64,000 bases of DNA. Source: an uncultured Clostridia bacterium (lineage in GTDB: Bacteria > Bacillota > Clostridia > UBA1381). Numbering within the stretch: the stretch's first letter is position 1; each line of letters opens with the position of its first letter. The notes beneath the pieces were generated by a model that saw nothing but the letters and a program-made list of their open reading frames with translations, had not been told where the DNA came from and searched no databases. Both the position numbers and the translations under genes were made by a program. The stretch spans positions 4,715-68,714 of the forward strand of contig CALXSS010000003.1 in assembly GCA_944391225.1 (NCBI GenBank), written 5' to 3'. Shown here one piece after another: positions 27,842 through 37,037 of the stretch.

Positions 27842-27892
27842 AAAAAATGCCGCCTGCGCTCCGGGATCTGCTCCGGCAGCGGGCGGCATTTT
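27842..27892. terminator. Bidirectional intrinsic terminator between mntP and the GNAT gene
   Basis: AAAAAATGCCGCCTGC...GCGGGCGGCATTTT, a long GC-rich hairpin flanked by A- and T-runs. Confidence 0.7.
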
Positions 27893-28376
27893 ATTCATAA
27901 TCCTTTACAAGCTTTGCGCGAAGATATCCACGCGAGTTTTCAGTTGATTCTATATAGAACCCTCGCCCGTAATAGAAACGTATCAGCGGCGTTACCTTTG
28001 AGCCTGTATACAGGCATATTCTGCTTATATTCTTCTTTATCATTATCCTGTCAACAAGATTCATTATAGATTTTCCTATACCGTTGTTCTGGCTTGTGAC
28101 CTTAACGGCAAATCTCGTCAAAACTGCTGTCCTGTCAGGCAGCACCTCTACCCTTACGCTGCCTACCGGTTCTCCGTCAGACAGCGCAATGAGCACTATC
28201 TTTGTATCTATATCATGCTTTACATCGCTGTAGGTTTCATATAAGGCATCCACATGATCTATATTTGCCATTATCTTATATTTCATAAAAGCCTCGCGTG
28301 TTATGCTCATTATTGACTCTATATCATCATAATTCGCAAGGCGCACCTGAAACAGCGACTGATAATCTGCTAACAT
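27891..28376 (-). CDS. GNAT-family N-acetyltransferase
   Basis: 161 aa. The acetyl-CoA binding region RFAVKVTSQNNGIGKSIM fits the Q/RxxGxG/A motif. Confidence 0.8.
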   Translation of the reverse strand: MLADYQSLFQVRLANYDDIESIMSITREAFMKYKIMANIDHVDALYETYSDVKHDIDTKIVLIALSDGEPVGSVRVEVLPDRTAVLTRFAVKVTSQNNGIGKSIMNLVDRIMIKKNISRICLYTGSKVTPLIRFYYGRGFYIESTENSRGYLRAKLVKDYE

Positions 28377-28401
28377 TCTTCAACACCCCTTTAAAAGCAT
28401 T

Positions 28402-28434
28402 CGGGCTGTATCAAAACGAGTTTGCTACAGCCCC
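28402..28434 (-). terminator. Degenerate member of the family hairpin acting as the argF terminator
   Basis: Minus strand: GGGGCTGTAGCAAACTCGTTTTGATACAGCCC then GAATGCTTTT. It shares GGGGCTGTAGCAAACTCGTT with the repeat-family hairpin and half-arm. Confidence 0.55.
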
Positions 28435-28445
28435 TTTATATCTAT

Positions 28446-29363
28446 TTAACCCATAAGTGTTGCCATTACAGCCTTCTGAGCGTGCAGACGGTTTTCAGCC
28501 TCGTCAAAAATAACACTCTGCGGTCCGTCTATAACGTCCTCTGTTACCTCAAATCCGCGGTACGCAGGCAGGCAGTGCATAAATATCGCATCCTCAGCTG
28601 CTTTTTCAAACAATGCCTTATTTACCTGGTATGGCATAAACACACGCTGACGCTCTGCCTTTTCAGCCTCCATACCCATAGATACCCAAGTATCTGTATA
28701 CACTATATCAGCTCCTGCTATAGCCTTTTCAGGGTCATTTGTGAGCAGCAGCTCCGCGCTTGACGACTTAAAGTCTTCCTTTGCATTTTCAACCACACCC
28801 GCGTCGCACTGATAATCATCAGGAGTAGCAATAGCGCAGTTTACTCCGACCTTAGCACAGCCGTACATTATTGAATGAGCCATATTGTTTCCATCACCTA
28901 TATATGCAAACTTAAGCCCCTCAAGCTTGCCCTTATGCTCATATGCTGTCATAAGATCTGCGAGCACCTGACACGGGTGGAGCAGGTCTGTGAGAGCGTT
29001 TATAACAGGTATATCTGCCTCCTCTGCCAGCTCTATAACGTCAGAATGAGCGTATGTACGTATCATTATACCGTCCAGATAACGCTCCAGTACCTTTGCT
29101 GTGTCATGTATAGTCTCACCGCGTCCGAGCTGTATATCGTTTGATGAAAGGAACAGCGGGTATCCGCCGAGCTGTGTCATTCCCACCTCAAACGATACCC
29201 TGGTTCGCGTAGATGACTTTGTAAATATCATTCCCAAAGTCTTTCCCTTTAATATAGGGTGTGGTATTCCCTTTTTAAGCTCATCCTTGAGCTTAAGTCC
29301 AAGACTGAGCAAATTTTTAACTTCATTGCTTGTAAGATCATGCAAGCTTATTAGATCTTTCAT
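28446..29363 (-). CDS. argF: Ornithine carbamoyltransferase
   Basis: Carbamoyl-phosphate motif FTKSSTRTRVSFEVG, plus HPCQ and HCLPA motifs. Confidence 0.95.
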   Translation of the reverse strand: MKDLISLHDLTSNEVKNLLSLGLKLKDELKKGIPHPILKGKTLGMIFTKSSTRTRVSFEVGMTQLGGYPLFLSSNDIQLGRGETIHDTAKVLERYLDGIMIRTYAHSDVIELAEEADIPVINALTDLLHPCQVLADLMTAYEHKGKLEGLKFAYIGDGNNMAHSIMYGCAKVGVNCAIATPDDYQCDAGVVENAKEDFKSSSAELLLTNDPEKAIAGADIVYTDTWVSMGMEAEKAERQRVFMPYQVNKALFEKAAEDAIFMHCLPAYRGFEVTEDVIDGPQSVIFDEAENRLHAQKAVMATLMG

Positions 29364-29438
29364 AATTCATTGTCCTCCGTTTCCTGTGATATCTGATCAA
29401 TTATAAGTCATTTTATCAAGCGGCAGAATATGCCTCGC

Positions 29439-30632
29439 TTATACCTCGCTTAGAGCCTCGTCAAGAGCACTGATGAACAAGTCTATTTCATCAGCTGTAA
29501 TATTCAATGGCGGAGCGATCCTTATTGTAAGCCCCTTGCAAAGACTTGCGAGTATCTTCTTCTTAAACAGCCTATCAAATACACCCTTGGCAATTTCCGG
29601 CTTCAACTCCACGCCTACAAGAAGTCCGGCGCAGCGAACATCCACTATTTTATCCCTGTGCTTTTTGCTCAGCTCGTTTAGTCTCTCCTCAAATATTCTA
29701 CCCATACTCCGCGCATTCTCAACCAGATGCTCCTCCTCTATAGCCTCAAACACAGCCAGACCGGCTGCTGTAGCCAATGGATTACCGCCGAATGTAGTTC
29801 CGTGATCGCCCGGCTCGAACGCTGCCGCGACCTCCGCCTTGGCACATACCGCTCCTATCGGCACTCCGCCGCCCAAAGCCTTTGCACAGGTGAAAATATC
29901 AGGCTCTATTCCATAAAGCTGATGCGCAAACAGCTTTCCTGTCCTGCCCATGCCCGTCTGCACCTCATCTATTATCAGCAATATGCCCTTTTCATCACAA
30001 AGCTTTCTAAGCCCCTTAGCGTATTCTACATCCATCGGATGCACTCCCGACTCGCCCTGGATAAGCTCTATCATAATAGCGGCTGTCTTGTCGGTTACAG
30101 CCTCGCTTACCGCTTCAAGGCTATTTGGTCTTATTTGTTTAAATCCCGGCGTGAGCGGCTTATATGGCGCCTGATAATGCGGCTGACCTGTCGCGGCAAC
30201 TGTAGCAAGTGTTCTGCCGTGGAATGAATGGTCAAGTGATATTATCTCATATTTCTCCATGCCCTTTTTATAGAAATATATCTTTGCCAGCTTAAAAGCG
30301 CCTTCATTTGCCTCCGCGCCGCTGTTGCAGAAAAACGCTTTGTCTGCGCAGCTGTTCTCGACCAGCTTCTGCGCAAGCCTTGCCTGGTTCTCTATATAAT
30401 ACAGACTTGAGGTATGTATCAACTTTTCTACCTGTGTCTTGAGAGCATTTACAAGCCTTGGATGGCTGTGACCGAGAGCGTTTACCGCTATCCCGCCCAG
30501 AAAATCGTAGTATACATCGCCGTTATCGGCATACAGCTTTATGCCCTCGCCTCTGTCAAAGCATACAGGCAGTCTTTCGCCGAATGTGTTCATGTAGTAT
30601 TTTTTATCAAGTGCAATAATATCTTCAAGCAT
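29439..30632 (-). CDS. argD: Acetylornithine aminotransferase (class III PLP aminotransferase)
   Basis: GGIAVNALGHSHP, LIIDEVQTGMGRTGK and FTCAKALGGG (PLP lysine). Adjacent to argF. Confidence 0.9.
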   Translation of the reverse strand: MLEDIIALDKKYYMNTFGERLPVCFDRGEGIKLYADNGDVYYDFLGGIAVNALGHSHPRLVNALKTQVEKLIHTSSLYYIENQARLAQKLVENSCADKAFFCNSGAEANEGAFKLAKIYFYKKGMEKYEIISLDHSFHGRTLATVAATGQPHYQAPYKPLTPGFKQIRPNSLEAVSEAVTDKTAAIMIELIQGESGVHPMDVEYAKGLRKLCDEKGILLIIDEVQTGMGRTGKLFAHQLYGIEPDIFTCAKALGGGVPIGAVCAKAEVAAAFEPGDHGTTFGGNPLATAAGLAVFEAIEEEHLVENARSMGRIFEERLNELSKKHRDKIVDVRCAGLLVGVELKPEIAKGVFDRLFKKKILASLCKGLTIRIAPPLNITADEIDLFISALDEALSEV

Positions 30633-30859
30633 ATGTATAACAAACCTTTCGTAAAATTTACAGTGGGGCTGCGGAGAAATGTACAGACCGCAAAAGCAGC
30701 CGGATATATTTAAAATATATCCTAAGCAACACCTTTTGCGATAAACAATGCTGCGCTACCCAATCAAGACACAGCAAGGTTCATTCTGTATATTTTCCAC
30801 AGCCCCGTTGAGCCGACGCCATAAACACCCCTGACGCCAACTCACATCGTATGAACATC

Positions 30860-30888
30860 ATTATACACCATATTGAATAAAAATGCAA
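30860..30888 (-). promoter_or_regulatory. Promoter for argD-argF (TTGCAT-17-TATAAT) overlapped by an ARG-box-like operator
   Basis: Minus strand reads gTTGCATttttattcaatatggtgTATAATga. TGCATTTTTATTCA (plus strand TGAATAAAAATGCA, 30874-30887) matches the TGAAT-N4-ATTCA core in 9 of 10 positions. Confidence 0.5.
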
Positions 30889-30975
30889 CCCCTTTTGCGA
30901 TTTTTGTTGAATTTTTATTTCATTAATGTAAGTTTATACAGTATTCATTTAAAATAATGAATATTATTCACCATT

Positions 30976-31293
30976 TTAAATGAATTTTTCTATGAGGTCC
31001 GCGTAATCGTCAAATGAACGCGCTCCCACAAGCTTGCCTACCTGCTTGCCCTTGTCAAAGAGGATGACTGTAGGTATCGAAACAATGCCGTTGGCTGCAG
31101 CAAGCTCGCCCTCCTCGTCTACATTCACCTTACATACCTTTATCTGTCCGTCATATTCCTTTGCGATCTGTTCTATCACAGGTCCCACCATTCTGCATGG
31201 TCCGCACCACGGCGCCCAGAAATCTACCAGAACAGGTACTTCCGATTTGATGACCTCGCCATCATACGTTGTCTTTGTTAAATTGATCTCCAT
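30976..31293 (-). CDS. trxA: Thioredoxin
   Basis: 105 aa with active site WAPWCGPC. Confidence 0.95.
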   Translation of the reverse strand: MEINLTKTTYDGEVIKSEVPVLVDFWAPWCGPCRMVGPVIEQIAKEYDGQIKVCKVNVDEEGELAAANGIVSIPTVILFDKGKQVGKLVGARSFDDYADLIEKFI

Positions 31294-31356
31294 ATAAAAA
31301 CCTCCTTATGCCCTTTCAGGCTTAATATATTGAAGCTGCACTACACAGCATCCTTT

Positions 31357-31983
31357 TTATTTATACCACGGTATAGATGTATGCACCAGGTTAGAGCTTT
31401 CCGAACGATATGCTATCGTTTCATTAAAGCCTGCCTTTGCAAAAATATATTCCTTTACCGCTGTCTGTGATCCTGAATATTCGTACATTACGACAGCGCG
31501 CCTGCCGTCGCTCATCTCCATCACGCTGAAATATAATGAACCATTGCTGATGGACGCGCTCTCAAGCGTGTAATATCCAGCTACTCCGTCACTTACCTCA
31601 AGTATCCAGTCCTGAGAGTCCTCCCATAGTATCCCTTTATCGTCGGACGGTGCAGATGTGTACAGTGTTATCGTATCATTTACGCCATCGCCCGTTATAT
31701 CATAATTACAGCTGTCAACAGTTGTCCATTCACCCGATCCTGCTTCAGAGATATTTGATTTTCCCACAAACACTACCGCCTCCTCAGTAGCCTCCGCCTG
31801 TTGCAGCTCATCAGCTTTATCGGCATCCTGCTCCGCTTCTTTATCGTGCACCGCTCGCGGGAGTGAGGACATTACATTTTCTGTCTGTGCTCTCATCCCT
31901 ATATAATAGCCTCCGGCTGCAAATGCGGCTGCCAGAACTATTGCCAATACAATTTTTAATACTCTATGGCGTTTAACTGTCAT
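31357..31983 (-). CDS. Membrane-anchored hypothetical protein
   Basis: Start moved to MTVKRHRVLKIVLAIVLAAAFAAGGYY (ATG 31983). Single N-terminal TM segment, acidic linker, no motif I recognise. Confidence 0.6.
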   Translation of the reverse strand: MTVKRHRVLKIVLAIVLAAAFAAGGYYIGMRAQTENVMSSLPRAVHDKEAEQDADKADELQQAEATEEAVVFVGKSNISEAGSGEWTTVDSCNYDITGDGVNDTITLYTSAPSDDKGILWEDSQDWILEVSDGVAGYYTLESASISNGSLYFSVMEMSDGRRAVVMYEYSGSQTAVKEYIFAKAGFNETIAYRSESSNLVHTSIPWYK

Positions 31984-32626
31984 AAAAATCATCATCCCTT
32001 CTATCAGCATATTTATGCCCTATGATCTCCGGCACAGCGCGTCCGTTTGTAAGCTCAGTCAATCCGGCAATAAGCGATGATGTTCTTTCCTTAGGCGAGC
32101 ATATGCGGAACGTAACATCATCCTCGTACAACGTGTCCTCTGTTATATATCCCTCAGCAGCGAGCATATACTGTATTTTACCCGAAAGCTCATAACCAGC
32201 TTTTACTCTGACAATATCACACATCTCTCTTATTATTACCTGAGATTCAAGCAATCCTTTTCGCGCCGAAGAACCGTAAGCATGCACCAGCCCTCCTGTT
32301 CCCAGCAATGTTCCGCCAAAATATCGCGTTACTATAACAATAACATCTACTATTCCTGATTTCCGTATGGTATCAAGTACGGGCATTCCGGCTGTTCCGG
32401 ACGGCTCGCCGTCATCTGAGTACCTGAATATATTATTTTCATCTATAACATACGCATAAACATTATGCGTAGCATCTGAATACTTTGACCTTATTTCATT
32501 AAGATAACGCAGCGCATCTGCCTCATTATCAACAGGCATTACGTGAGAATAGAATTTGGATCTTTTCTCGACTATAAGCGTTTCCGACTCATATGCTACT
32601 GTTCTGTATGTATCCTTTATTGACAC
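31973..32626 (-). CDS. YigZ / IMPACT-family (UPF0029) protein
   Basis: EKRSKFYSHV, DATHNVYAY, DDGEPSGTAGMP and TRYFGGTLLGTGGLV are characteristic. Confidence 0.85.
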   Translation of the reverse strand: MSIKDTYRTVAYESETLIVEKRSKFYSHVMPVDNEADALRYLNEIRSKYSDATHNVYAYVIDENNIFRYSDDGEPSGTAGMPVLDTIRKSGIVDVIVIVTRYFGGTLLGTGGLVHAYGSSARKGLLESQVIIREMCDIVRVKAGYELSGKIQYMLAAEGYITEDTLYEDDVTFRICSPKERTSSLIAGLTELTNGRAVPEIIGHKYADRRDDDFYDS

Positions 32627-32641
32627 CTTTATCCTCCCTGA

Positions 32642-32962
32642 TCACTTTCTTTTTTTTCTTTTCGGCTCCGGAAGGCTTTCATACAATTCTTCAATAAACT
32701 GCATCAGCTTTTCCGCATCCTCTGTATCTCTGTATACGAGCATTTCAGATGCCCCCGGATATGGGATCGCATATTCCGGCGTGCCTATAAGCTTCTCCGC
32801 CGCCGGAGTCTTTTTGATCATCAGTTTATTGTCATAAACGCCCCCGAAATGTCTGCCCCTGTAATACAGCTGGTATTCTCCTGTTACCTGCTGACACGTC
32901 ACATCCTCCATATCCGAAAGGATATCAAGAATATGGTTCAGGAATTCCTTGTTCGACGACAT
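32642..32962 (-). CDS. TfoX N-terminal-domain protein
   Basis: 106 aa. The pattern FGGVYDNKLMIK...AIPYPGASEM is typical of TfoX_N family members. Confidence 0.7.
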   Translation of the reverse strand: MSSNKEFLNHILDILSDMEDVTCQQVTGEYQLYYRGRHFGGVYDNKLMIKKTPAAEKLIGTPEYAIPYPGASEMLVYRDTEDAEKLMQFIEELYESLPEPKRKKRK

Positions 32963-33045
32963 ATGGCACCCCTCCTCTTATTATATTTTATGGTTTCAGA
33001 ATTTCTCGATCATCCACTTGTTTTCTTATAAATGTTTTTTAGGTT

Positions 33046-34311
33046 TTACTCCTTATCCGACATATTATTCTTTACTATATACCGCTTAAGCCTTGAATAT
33101 GCAATATCATCAAGCAGCACTAACGTTTCTGTCCCCTCAGCAGTATAGTTTTCTGCTATGACCTTTTCATCAGTATACAGTCTGTTTAATACATCTCCGT
33201 CAGAATACGGTATCATCAGCTTATATTCTCTTTTTCTGCCCGGAGCTACCTCCGCGATAGCCTCCATAAGCCTGTCTATGCCTCTTCCCGTTTTCGCGCT
33301 GATGAACACCTCTTTTACCGCAGACTCATGCCCGCCCGGCACATAATTCCCGTTAATGTCACATTTGTTATACACATTTATTACCGGCTTGCCGCTTGCA
33401 CCTATCTCGCCGAGAACGCTGCGAACAACATCTATATGATTTTCTGTCTCCTCGCCTGATACATCTATAACATGCAGCAGAAGATCCGCCTCAGCCGCTT
33501 CTTCAAGAGTAGATTTGAATGCTTCAATAAGATAATGCGGGAGCTTGCGTATAAACCCGACAGTGTCAATAAGCACTATTTTTCTGTTATCTTTCAAAGT
33601 TATAGCTCTTGAAGTAGTATCAAGAGTTGCGAACAGCTTATCCTCAGCAAATACGCCCGCGTCAGTAAGCCTATTGAGAAGCGTTGACTTCCCAGCATTA
33701 GTATATCCTACAAGCGCAGCGGTTATTACTCCATCTTTTTTGCGCCTGCTTCTTAACAAGCCCCTGTGTTTTTTTATCTCTCGTATTTCTGCCTCCAGCG
33801 CGGCTATGCGAGTTCTTATATGGCGTCTATCGGTTTCAAGCTTTGTTTCACCCGGACCTCGCGTTCCTATTCCGCCGCCTGTACGGCTCAGCTCAAGTCC
33901 CATTCCGCGCAGCCGCGGCAGCTGATATTTCAGCTGAGCAAGCTCTACTTGCAGCTTTCCTTCGCCCGACCGCGCCCTCATTGCAAATATATCAAGTATC
34001 AGCATAGATCTATCAAGCACGCGTATACCCAGATATTCACTTATGTTCCTTAGCTGTACCGGAGACAGCTCGTCATCAAACACAACCAGCTCCGCCTCGA
34101 GTGTTTCCACTGCGTTTTTCAGCTCCTCAAGCTTTCCGCCCCCCAGATACGTTCCGCTCTCAGGCGCAGGTCTATTCTGCACAAGCTCACATACGACTTC
34201 ACCTCCGGCTGTTTCTACCAGCTCCTCAAGCTCACGCATAGATTCCTCTGTCGTATCATTTATATGATCTCTGCTTCCGGTGTGCAGACCGGCTATGATT
34301 ACTTTCTCCAT
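33046..34311 (-). CDS. hflX: GTPase HflX
   Basis: HflX N-domain (VVFDDELSPVQLRNISEYLG, ELAQLKYQLPRL) and G-domain (GYTNAGKST, DTVGF, NKCD). Confidence 0.95.
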   Translation of the reverse strand: MEKVIIAGLHTGSRDHINDTTEESMRELEELVETAGGEVVCELVQNRPAPESGTYLGGGKLEELKNAVETLEAELVVFDDELSPVQLRNISEYLGIRVLDRSMLILDIFAMRARSGEGKLQVELAQLKYQLPRLRGMGLELSRTGGGIGTRGPGETKLETDRRHIRTRIAALEAEIREIKKHRGLLRSRRKKDGVITAALVGYTNAGKSTLLNRLTDAGVFAEDKLFATLDTTSRAITLKDNRKIVLIDTVGFIRKLPHYLIEAFKSTLEEAAEADLLLHVIDVSGEETENHIDVVRSVLGEIGASGKPVINVYNKCDINGNYVPGGHESAVKEVFISAKTGRGIDRLMEAIAEVAPGRKREYKLMIPYSDGDVLNRLYTDEKVIAENYTAEGTETLVLLDDIAYSRLKRYIVKNNMSDKE

Positions 34312-34438
34312 CTCCTGCCCCCTTATCCGATGCGAATACTCATGACGCGTAAAAATATACTCACTCCCTTAGTATATCAAAAAAAACATTATTAGTACAG
34401 TGCTTTTTGAAAAATTTTTAAAAAATTTAAAAAAACAC

Positions 34439-34466
34439 TTGCAAATTCACAGAATTGTGATATAAT
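34439..34466 (+). promoter_or_regulatory. Promoter for secG (TTGCAA-16-TATAAT) preceded by phased A/T tracts
   Basis: acacTTGCAAattcacagaattgtgaTATAATag. Upstream lies gaaaaatttttaaaaaatttaaaaaaa. Confidence 0.5.
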
Positions 34467-34552
34467 AGTAGGGTATTATGTGTATTATATGAGTATTTTC
34501 GTTGAGACGCAGCGGCGCATTACGGGTTACTCTTTGAAAAGGAGGTTTAGCA

Positions 34553-34795
34553 GTGAATACGGTTTTCATAGTTCTTCATATTGTAGTATCGCTCTTTCTT
34601 ATACTTGTAGTTCTCGCCCAGGAGGGTAAGGATCCGGGTATGAGAGGCATTCAGGGAGCTTCGTCTGATATGGGCGATTCATTCTTTAAAAAGGCAGGCG
34701 GTACAACAAAAGAAAAGATGCAGGTCAAGCTGACAACTACTGTTGCAGTTTTGTTCCTTATCACAACTCTTGTACTGGTAATTCTCGCATCATGA
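34553..34795 (+). CDS. secG: Preprotein translocase subunit SecG
   Basis: 80 aa with GTG start after AAGGAGG. Two TM segments and LAQEGKDPGM, typical of SecG. Confidence 0.85.
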   Translation: MNTVFIVLHIVVSLFLILVVLAQEGKDPGMRGIQGASSDMGDSFFKKAGGTTKEKMQVKLTTTVAVLFLITTLVLVILAS

Positions 34796-34875
34796 TTTAA
34801 GGTGTTCCTGGAACCGTTTACTCGGTTCCTTTTTTATTATATTAAAATACCGCGGCATGTGCCGCGGTTATTATT

Positions 34876-35169
34876 TTATGCCAGCTGCTTGAGCGCATCC
34901 TTAAGCCACCACTCTCCTATATCAAGAGCCTTATAAAGATTGTCTCGCGTAGCTTTTCTGAACACCTGTCCTTTTCCCAACTCACCTGTATTATCCATCA
35001 CCTGTACAAGCACCTTTGTTGCAATACTATAGTTATTCACACTCTTTGATTCCAATATATCCAGAACAAGGATCAGTTTATCTTCAAAATTACCATAATA
35101 AATTCTGTTCCCGCATCTTACAATAGGCTTTCCGTTATATGTTAATATCTTTTTCTTCTTTGCAGCCAT
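34876..35169 (-). CDS. Hypothetical 97-aa protein
   Basis: Start moved to MAAKKKKILTYNGK (ATG 35169, RBS AAAGGAGAA). No family recognised. Confidence 0.55.
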   Translation of the reverse strand: MAAKKKKILTYNGKPIVRCGNRIYYGNFEDKLILVLDILESKSVNNYSIATKVLVQVMDNTGELGKGQVFRKATRDNLYKALDIGEWWLKDALKQLA

Positions 35170-35366
35170 TTCAATTCTCCTTTCGCAAGATCCTGCGACT
35201 CGCCGCTGACCGGTGCACAAGCAGACGCTCAGCATTTACTGCGCAATAATCTGATATTTATTCAATAGTTATCATAAATTCTATTATATCATATTTACAG
35301 AAATATTGCAACATGTTTCACAGAAAATTTACAAAGCTGACAAAATCCTATCTATATAACAAAAAT

Positions 35367-35472
35367 GAGGCTGTTGCAAAACTCAACGAGTTTGCAACAG
35401 CCCCCTTGTGGCTTTGAAAAATAGTGCAGAACGGACGAAACGAAGATGCGCAGCCCCCTTTGCTACAGCCCC
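35367..35472 (-). repeat. Modular structured repeat, short copy C (terminator hairpin + S1/S2 modules + half-arm), downstream of putP
   Basis: gaggctgttgcaaaactcaacgagtttgcaacagcc...atagtgcagaacggacgaaacgaagatgcgcagccccc, joined directly to tttgctacagcccc. Confidence 0.75.
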
Positions 35473-35480
35473 ATTAATTA

Positions 35481-37019
35481 TCAGTCCTTAAGCTTTCCAA
35501 CTTGTTCAAACTCGTCGATTATCTCCTTTGAAGGAGCGGGAGTTACAAGACTTACTATAACAATTGCAGCTACCGATACTATGAATGCCGGCAGCAGCTC
35601 GTATATGTTTAGAACAGGGCTCAATCCGCTTATAACATATTTCCAAAGGAATACCATGATCCCTCCTGATACCATGCCTGCAAGAGCGCCCCATTTGTTC
35701 ATGCGTTTCCAGAACAGCATAAGCAGCATTGCGGGTCCGAACGCCGCGCCAAATCCAGCCCAAGCAAATGATACTATATTAAATACCGAGCTTTCCGGAT
35801 CAAGAGCAAGGAATACTGCTACTACCGATATTGCCACAACTGTGAGGCGCGCAAGTATCATAGTTGTTTTCTCGCTAATATTCTTGAAAATACATTCCTT
35901 TACAATGTTCTGCGAAACACTTGATGACGCCGCAAGCAGCTGCGAATCAGCCGTTGACATTGTCGCCGCAAGTATTCCGGCAAGGATTATTCCCGCAAGC
36001 AGAGCAGGTATTATTCCGTGCCTGCTTATAAGACCTGATATCTGAACTATTATCGTTTCAGGATCGCTAAGCTCTCCCATAACTCCGGCATTAGTCATTC
36101 CAAGGCCTATTATACCGATAAATATTGCCACACCAAGTGAGATAACTACCCATACTGTAGCTATACGGCGCGAAAGCTTAAGCTCTTTAGTATCGCGCGC
36201 TGCCATAAATCTGAGGAGTATGTGCGGCATACCAAAATAGCCCAAACCCCATGCAAACGTTGATACGATTTTTAATGCGCCATACGGTGTTGAAGTACCT
36301 GTAACCTTATCATATACAGCGTTGAAATCAAGATAGCCCGGCAGACTCTTCGCATTTTCAATAACACTGTCCATGCCGCCCGCTGAAATGATACCGTAGC
36401 CCAGAACTATAACAAGCGCAACAGTCATTACTATGCTCTGTATAAAATCCGTTGTACTTGCAGCCAGAAATCCGCCCATTGTTGTATAAAGCACTATAAC
36501 AACGGCGCAGACTATCATTGCCGAAACATAATTTACACCAAAAAGTGACGCAAACAGCTTTCCGCACGCCGCAAATCCTGAAGCAGTATACGGAACAAAG
36601 AATACAATAATCACTGTTGCCGCTATTACCGACAGGATCTTGGATTCATCTCTGAATCTGTTTGAAAAGAAAGCCGGTATAGTTGTTGAATTTTTACATA
36701 CGTATGAATATCTGCGTATGCGCTTTGAAACTATCAGCCAGTTTACATATGTACCCACAGCAAGACCTATAGCCGTCCATGCCGCATCGGCAACACCTGT
36801 TAGATATGCCACGCCCGGAAGTCCCATAAGCAACCAGCTGCTCATATCCGACGCCTCGGCGCTCATAGCTGTAACGAAAGGTCCCAGCTTTCGTCCACCC
36901 AGATAGAAATCGTCCGTGTTCTTATTAGCCTTTGAACAGCGCACGCCTATCCACAACATTGCCAAAAGATATACCACAATGGATATCATTATGCAAATGT
37001 TTGATGATGTTATTAACAT
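35481..37019 (-). CDS. putP: Sodium:proline symporter (SSS family)
   Basis: 512 aa, about 13 TM segments. DFYLGGRKLGPFVTAMSAEASDMSSWLLMGLPG is the typical PutP N-terminal signature. Confidence 0.85.
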   Translation of the reverse strand: MLITSSNICIMISIVVYLLAMLWIGVRCSKANKNTDDFYLGGRKLGPFVTAMSAEASDMSSWLLMGLPGVAYLTGVADAAWTAIGLAVGTYVNWLIVSKRIRRYSYVCKNSTTIPAFFSNRFRDESKILSVIAATVIIVFFVPYTASGFAACGKLFASLFGVNYVSAMIVCAVVIVLYTTMGGFLAASTTDFIQSIVMTVALVIVLGYGIISAGGMDSVIENAKSLPGYLDFNAVYDKVTGTSTPYGALKIVSTFAWGLGYFGMPHILLRFMAARDTKELKLSRRIATVWVVISLGVAIFIGIIGLGMTNAGVMGELSDPETIIVQISGLISRHGIIPALLAGIILAGILAATMSTADSQLLAASSSVSQNIVKECIFKNISEKTTMILARLTVVAISVVAVFLALDPESSVFNIVSFAWAGFGAAFGPAMLLMLFWKRMNKWGALAGMVSGGIMVFLWKYVISGLSPVLNIYELLPAFIVSVAAIVIVSLVTPAPSKEIIDEFEQVGKLKD

Positions 37020-37037
37020 ATAAACATCCTCCTTATT

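Noticed and set aside
30958-30970. Perfect palindrome TGAATATTATTCA considered as an ARG box
   Set aside because: The half-sites are separated by 3 nt rather than the canonical 4 nt, and it lies about 70 nt upstream of the -35 next to the trxA stop. I keep it only as a possible auxiliary site. The box overlapping the promoter is the better candidate.
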